DNA of 32,000 nt, taken from the NCBI GenBank assembly GCA_024275415.1, contig JAJRZD010000053.1, positions 1-32,000 of the forward strand, written 5' to 3'. Position numbers and translations under genes: made by a program. Below, in pieces: positions 27,960 to 32,000 of this stretch. Numbering within the stretch: the stretch's first letter is position 1; every line of letters begins with the position of its first letter. This DNA comes from an archaeon (GTDB lineage: Archaea; Asgardarchaeota; Thorarchaeia; Thorarchaeales; Thorarchaeaceae). The notes below the pieces were generated by a model. That model saw only the letters and a program-made list of their open reading frames with translations, was not told the DNA's origin and did not search any database.

Positions 27960-28472
27960 TTATCGACGAGCAGTAAGTTCTTTTTGCCACTCCTTTAGGT
28001 CTGACCTCAGCTTGTTTAGGTCTGTCGGGCTTACTGAGTCAATTCGCCCATATGTCTTTAGAATCCTGACCCATCGACTCATCTTCACAATAATTGCACT
28101 AGAGGCACCTTTCTGCTCAAGTGACTCAGATGCTTCTGCAATCAACGTAGCGAGGTCACTAGCCAATGCCCCTTCACGAAGTTGGTTGTCCACGGAGTCC
28201 AAGATTGATGTGAAGACGGAGATTGCGCCTTTCTCTTCAAGCCTACCACTTGATGGAGGTGCAGACGCTGGAGCACTTGCGAGCTTTCTAAGGATCTCGT
28301 CAAGTTTCTCGCCATTCGAAGCAACTCGAAGTGTGAGGTCTTCGGTCGCTTCCTGAACTTCCCCTATATGTGAGATGACTTCTATCATCTTGTTGAGCAT
28401 CTCAGTCATCCTTTCCATTGCCACATTGATCTCTGCAAGTTTCGCCCGAATGTAAGTATCTTCTTCGCTCAA
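27960..28472 (-). CDS. Coiled-coil protein with Vps28 C-terminal-domain-like helical bundle
   Basis: N-terminal heptads, APASAPPSS linker, and C-terminal F..I.D / L..L.AE / K...W......D......L..DL pattern resembling the Vps28 CTD. TTG start. Confidence 0.55.
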   Translation of the reverse strand: MSEEDTYIRAKLAEINVAMERMTEMLNKMIEVISHIGEVQEATEDLTLRVASNGEKLDEILRKLASAPASAPPSSGRLEEKGAISVFTSILDSVDNQLREGALASDLATLIAEASESLEQKGASSAIIVKMSRWVRILKTYGRIDSVSPTDLNKLRSDLKEWQKELTARR

Positions 28473-28943
28473 TTAGAATCCATCCTTGGCTTGATAGAAA
28501 TCGTATCTTTGAGGCTAGAACCGCAATCTTTCACATTAACCTTTCTGTGGTGAGCCTGTTTTCCAAAGATGAATCCTTTCTGCTTCTTACAAAAGGATTA
28601 ACTCAGTTCATTCTTGGATCGAACCTGTAATGATTCTATTGTTTGGTGTCCTACTGCTGGTATTACAGGATTGGCTTGATTGGCTCGATAAGGATCCACT
28701 AGGCTTGATGGTTTCCAAGGTGCCCTTCTTTTAAGTGTGGGCTATTGTCTTTCATTTCATATGTAGGCCCGTGATGTTGAAGAAAGCTAGGAAAGTGGAG
28801 GGCTGTCCATTGGCAGTCCCTTCATATCTGTCTACCACCGACTACTTTCTCTCCATCGAGTTGCCAATCATCCGCTATCCTAAAGCTATTATATCTCGCT
28901 CAGAGCACATCTTTGTCTGAATATATCGAGCTGAGGTGGATTC

Positions 28944-29297
28944 ATGTACGCAATCAACTATACTGAGAGACCTGAGGAAGAAGTGACTCTCGCTGGTGCT
29001 AGCAAGACGACAGTCCGTTGGCTAATTGGACGAAATACTGGGGCAAAGACATATGCTATGAGGCTTTTCAAGATAGCTCCAGGGGGGAAAGTCCCGCTCC
29101 ATTCACACGATGAAGAGCATGAGATTTTTGTACTTCAGGGAAGAGCAAAGCTTCTTGGTGCACCAGAAGAAACGAATGCTCAGAAAGATGATGTCGTTTT
29201 CATTCCTTCCAATGTCGAGCATGGCTATGACAATACTGAAGGCACTGAAGATTTCCGTTTCATTTGTGTGATTCCACTCCTTAATAAGGACGAGTGA
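28944..29297 (+). CDS. Cupin_2 domain protein
   Basis: PLHSHDEEHEIFVLQG and IPSNVEHG. Confidence 0.9.
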   Translation: MYAINYTERPEEEVTLAGASKTTVRWLIGRNTGAKTYAMRLFKIAPGGKVPLHSHDEEHEIFVLQGRAKLLGAPEETNAQKDDVVFIPSNVEHGYDNTEGTEDFRFICVIPLLNKDE

Positions 29298-29361
29298 TTT
29301 GCCCAACTCCATCAATACTGATATCGCCTTCATGAGGACGATATCGAATGGAGTGATAACC

Positions 29362-30165
29362 ATGGCTCTATCAGAGAAGAAACTCTGGGTATTTGATGTA
29401 GACAATACTCTCATTCGTGATGTGGAACATCCTCACCCGTTTGATGACGCCCTTCAGTTGTGGGACTATCTCCTAGAAACAGGAAGGGATGTTGCTGCGT
29501 TGACCAACGTAGGAAGACTCTCAGCTCGCACAATCAATCATGTGTTGAAGGTGGCAGGCTTCAAGCTTGACCTTGACCACACGTTCAGTGCGGGTGCAGC
29601 AGCAGCAGCGTATATACATAACAGGAATCCCTCTGCACGATGTTTTGTGATCAGTGAGGGTGGGGCAACAGAGGATTTTATTGCGCGTGGTCTGGAGGTC
29701 GTCAACAACCCTCCTGTGGACTATGTTGCTGTAGGTGCTGATAGAGGTCTGACATTCCCCCGTTTGAATTTTGCAGCAAAGATGATCCGTGATGGTGCAA
29801 AGCTTATCTGTATCAGTGGGAGCCGCGACTATCCGGGTATTTATCTTGGCATCGAGGACATCTATATTGGTGAACGTTCTATCGTTGCAGCGTTGGAAGA
29901 CGCAACTGACGTAGAGAGCGTGATTGTCGGGAAGCCGTTGCCTGAGATTCTCCTAGAAACCACGAAGGCGTTGGGATACTCCCCGAATGAGGCTGTAATG
30001 GTAGGCGATAATCCTGCATCCGATATTGCTGGCGGGAAGGCAGCCGGCTTGACTACAGTCCTTGTTCGTCGCCCCGACAACATAGTTCCCTTTGACTCTC
30101 AGGGTTTGGACCAGTCGCCAGACCACACTGTGGAATCCCTTGCAGACATCATCAAGATGTTGTGA
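29362..30165 (+). CDS. HAD-superfamily subfamily IIA hydrolase (NagD-like)
   Basis: FDVDNTL, LTN, VGKP, MVGDNPASDI. Start set to MALSEK at 29362. Confidence 0.9.
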   Translation: MALSEKKLWVFDVDNTLIRDVEHPHPFDDALQLWDYLLETGRDVAALTNVGRLSARTINHVLKVAGFKLDLDHTFSAGAAAAAYIHNRNPSARCFVISEGGATEDFIARGLEVVNNPPVDYVAVGADRGLTFPRLNFAAKMIRDGAKLICISGSRDYPGIYLGIEDIYIGERSIVAALEDATDVESVIVGKPLPEILLETTKALGYSPNEAVMVGDNPASDIAGGKAAGLTTVLVRRPDNIVPFDSQGLDQSPDHTVESLADIIKML

Positions 30166-30166
30166 C

Positions 30167-30727
30167 TTATTTGACCCAGTGTTTCTCCTTGCTAAGTTGT
30201 TCTAGGTTTGCAGCGTGGACGATGTTTCCTATCTCCATGAACATGTCATTTACATTCGTTCCTGTTTTCGCGCTTGCCAGGATGAAGGGTGCCTTCAGGG
30301 CCTTTGCGTATTCTTTCGCTCCGAAGAAATGGGTTTCACCAGGAACAAGATCCGTCTTGTTCCCGACAATGATGTATGGGATGTTCTCGCCAAGGAATCC
30401 CATAGCTTCCTTAATCCATTTTGAAATAGATGCGAAGGTTTCCTGTCTTGTCACATCAAACATGATAATGAGCCCTTTGGCTCCCTCATAGAAGCTCGCA
30501 CGAAGCTGTCTGAAGACATCCTGCCCTGCAAGATCCCAGATCATCAACTTGACGTGTGTGTTGTCATTCCCCGCGTTCACTATTCGGGAGTAATGCTGCA
30601 CTCCTACCGTGCTCTGGTATTCTTTGCGGAAATACCCTTCTGACCATCTAAGGATGGTACTGGTTTTGCCTACAGCTGAATCTCCTATGATACATATTTT
30701 ATAGACGTAGGCAGGCCTAATTGTCAC
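30167..30727 (-). CDS. Small GTPase, Rab/Ras-like
   Basis: G1 GDSAVGKTS, G2 STVG, G3 WDLAGQ, G4 NKTD, G5 ASAK. No C-terminal Cys. GTG start. Confidence 0.92.
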   Translation of the reverse strand: MTIRPAYVYKICIIGDSAVGKTSTILRWSEGYFRKEYQSTVGVQHYSRIVNAGNDNTHVKLMIWDLAGQDVFRQLRASFYEGAKGLIIMFDVTRQETFASISKWIKEAMGFLGENIPYIIVGNKTDLVPGETHFFGAKEYAKALKAPFILASAKTGTNVNDMFMEIGNIVHAANLEQLSKEKHWVK

Positions 30728-31054
30728 GGACTCGTCCCCTGTTTTGCGACTCTTCTTACTGGATTACTCTTAGATGGAACCTGTCATTAAATGTATCTAT
30801 TCACATAAAATACTGTAATTTGAAGTGTTTCAATGAAGTTATGAGTAACTATCATCATTACACCCTATGATCGAAGTGGGTTAAGTACCATCGGTCAAGC
30901 TAAATAAGGATCTCAAAGCGCTTGGCATTTTTGATGAAAGAAAGGAATATGGTCGGCACATCAGCATTATGTACGACAGTTCTGACATCCTTATTACGTT
31001 GGTAGAAACCTATTAAAGAGCCCTCATGGACTGTAATTTTGGAGGAGTATTAAA

Positions 31055-32000
31055 TTGAGCAGGCGGAAATTTACTATTCTACCACTTGTGATATTACTCA
31101 GTGTCGCAGCATTTCTTAATATACCCCAGACTGCTGGTACGTCGACTGTTCCTGTTGATAGCTTGACTTTCGAGGTCATGTCTAGTGATTCTACTCGTAT
31201 GGATGCGTTGATTAACGGCGATATCGATTTCATTTATGACGGTGTAGACCCGTCCTATGTGGACAGTGATTCAACGAATCTGCAAATTGTGGAGGAAACA
31301 CAGAACGGATATGGTTATCTTTCTATAAACACCAATCGGTGGCCTTTGAACTATACCGCCATTCGAGTCGCAATTGCATTGGCTACAAATAAGACTGAGA
31401 TTGCAGGCTATTTTGAGAATGCATTTCCAATCGATGCAGCACTTCCACCTGCCAACCCCTTCAGCGCAGAGGGCACATTCGATACGACGTATTATGATGC
31501 GGATTTAGATGGAGCACGGGCGGTGTTGGACGAGGCTGGTTTCATTGATATTGATTCTGACGGATATAGAGAAGCCCCTAATAGCACTGCTTTTGCTGTT
31601 TCCATAGTTTCTGTAGATTTTGGACCCGGAACGACAATTCTTGAGCATATCCACAGTCAGTTGGATGCGATTGGTATCTCTTCGACAATCGAGTATTTCA
31701 GTATAGGTGAGTACATTTCTCAGTTGACGGTATACCATGACTATGGAATCTCATTTCTCAGTGCGAGTTTTCCCATTCTAGATCCCACTCCACTCTATGA
31801 CTTTACAAGTACGTCCTACGAATGGCTTCTCTTGTCAGGTTTGTTTTCAAATTCTACTTATGACACAACAGCGAATATGTTGAAGACAGAAATGGACAAG
31901 GCCAAAATTGAACAGTATTCATATGATCTTCAAGAAATTCTATTTGAGCAGTGTCCCATAATTCCGGTATATAGCAATCGCCTCGTCTATGCTTACAGCC
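31055..32000 (+). CDS. ABC transporter solute-binding protein, family 5 (partial, runs off the window)
   Basis: GGAGG upstream of TTG 31055; signal peptide MSRRKFTILPLVILLSVAAFL; ALINGDID, IRVAIALATNK, LDEAGF.D.D.DGYRE, QEILFEQCPIIPVY. Open to the window end; absent from the ORF track. Confidence 0.85.
   Translation, partial: MSRRKFTILPLVILLSVAAFLNIPQTAGTSTVPVDSLTFEVMSSDSTRMDALINGDIDFIYDGVDPSYVDSDSTNLQIVEETQNGYGYLSINTNRWPLNYTAIRVAIALATNKTEIAGYFENAFPIDAALPPANPFSAEGTFDTTYYDADLDGARAVLDEAGFIDIDSDGYREAPNSTAFAVSIVSVDFGPGTTILEHIHSQLDAIGISSTIEYFSIGEYISQLTVYHDYGISFLSASFPILDPTPLYDFTSTSYEWLLLSGLFSNSTYDTTANMLKTEMDKAKIEQYSYDLQEILFEQCPIIPVYSNRLVYAYS

Noticed and set aside
28610-28630. GGTTCGATCC on the minus strand, tRNA T-loop-like
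   Set aside because: Flanks do not pair; no acceptor or anticodon stems.
30885-31016. Start-less frame KLNKDLKALGIFDERKEYGRHISIMY, faintly like a winged-helix wing
   Set aside because: No start codon, in-frame stop just upstream, and too short to call a pseudogene.
1-32000. CRISPR arrays, rRNA, tRNA, transposases or integrases
   Set aside because: None recognised by eye in this window.

Overview
Archaeal chromosomal window. It is most likely Asgard (Thorarchaeota-like), inferred from a Rab-like GTPase, archaeal RecJ/GAN, TPR proteins, PRMT-like and Vps28-like folds, and frequent TTG/GTG starts. Left (1-3.5 kb, AT-richer): a restriction-modification module of C5-cytosine methyltransferase, Mig-type T:G mismatch glycosylase and a PD-(D/E)xK endonuclease carrying an apparent ComEA-like HhH N-terminus. 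Next (4.1-13.8 kb): a nucleotide excision repair operon uvrB-uvrA-uvrA-uvrC with two diverged, full-length, translationally coupled UvrA paralogues. The rest is mixed housekeeping and accessory genes: stand-alone Lrp RAM domain, APC permease, ferredoxin, anchored PLD, TPR proteins, MazG-like dNTPase, nitrilase, MTAP, PRTase, PRMT-like methyltransferase, NUDIX, RecJ, Vps28-CTD-like protein, cupin, HAD, Rab-like GTPase and a partial family-5 solute-binding protein. An unannotated 30-aa acidic/Trp repeat micro-ORF lies at 20897-20989. All family assignments are by-eye motif recognition; no searches were run.
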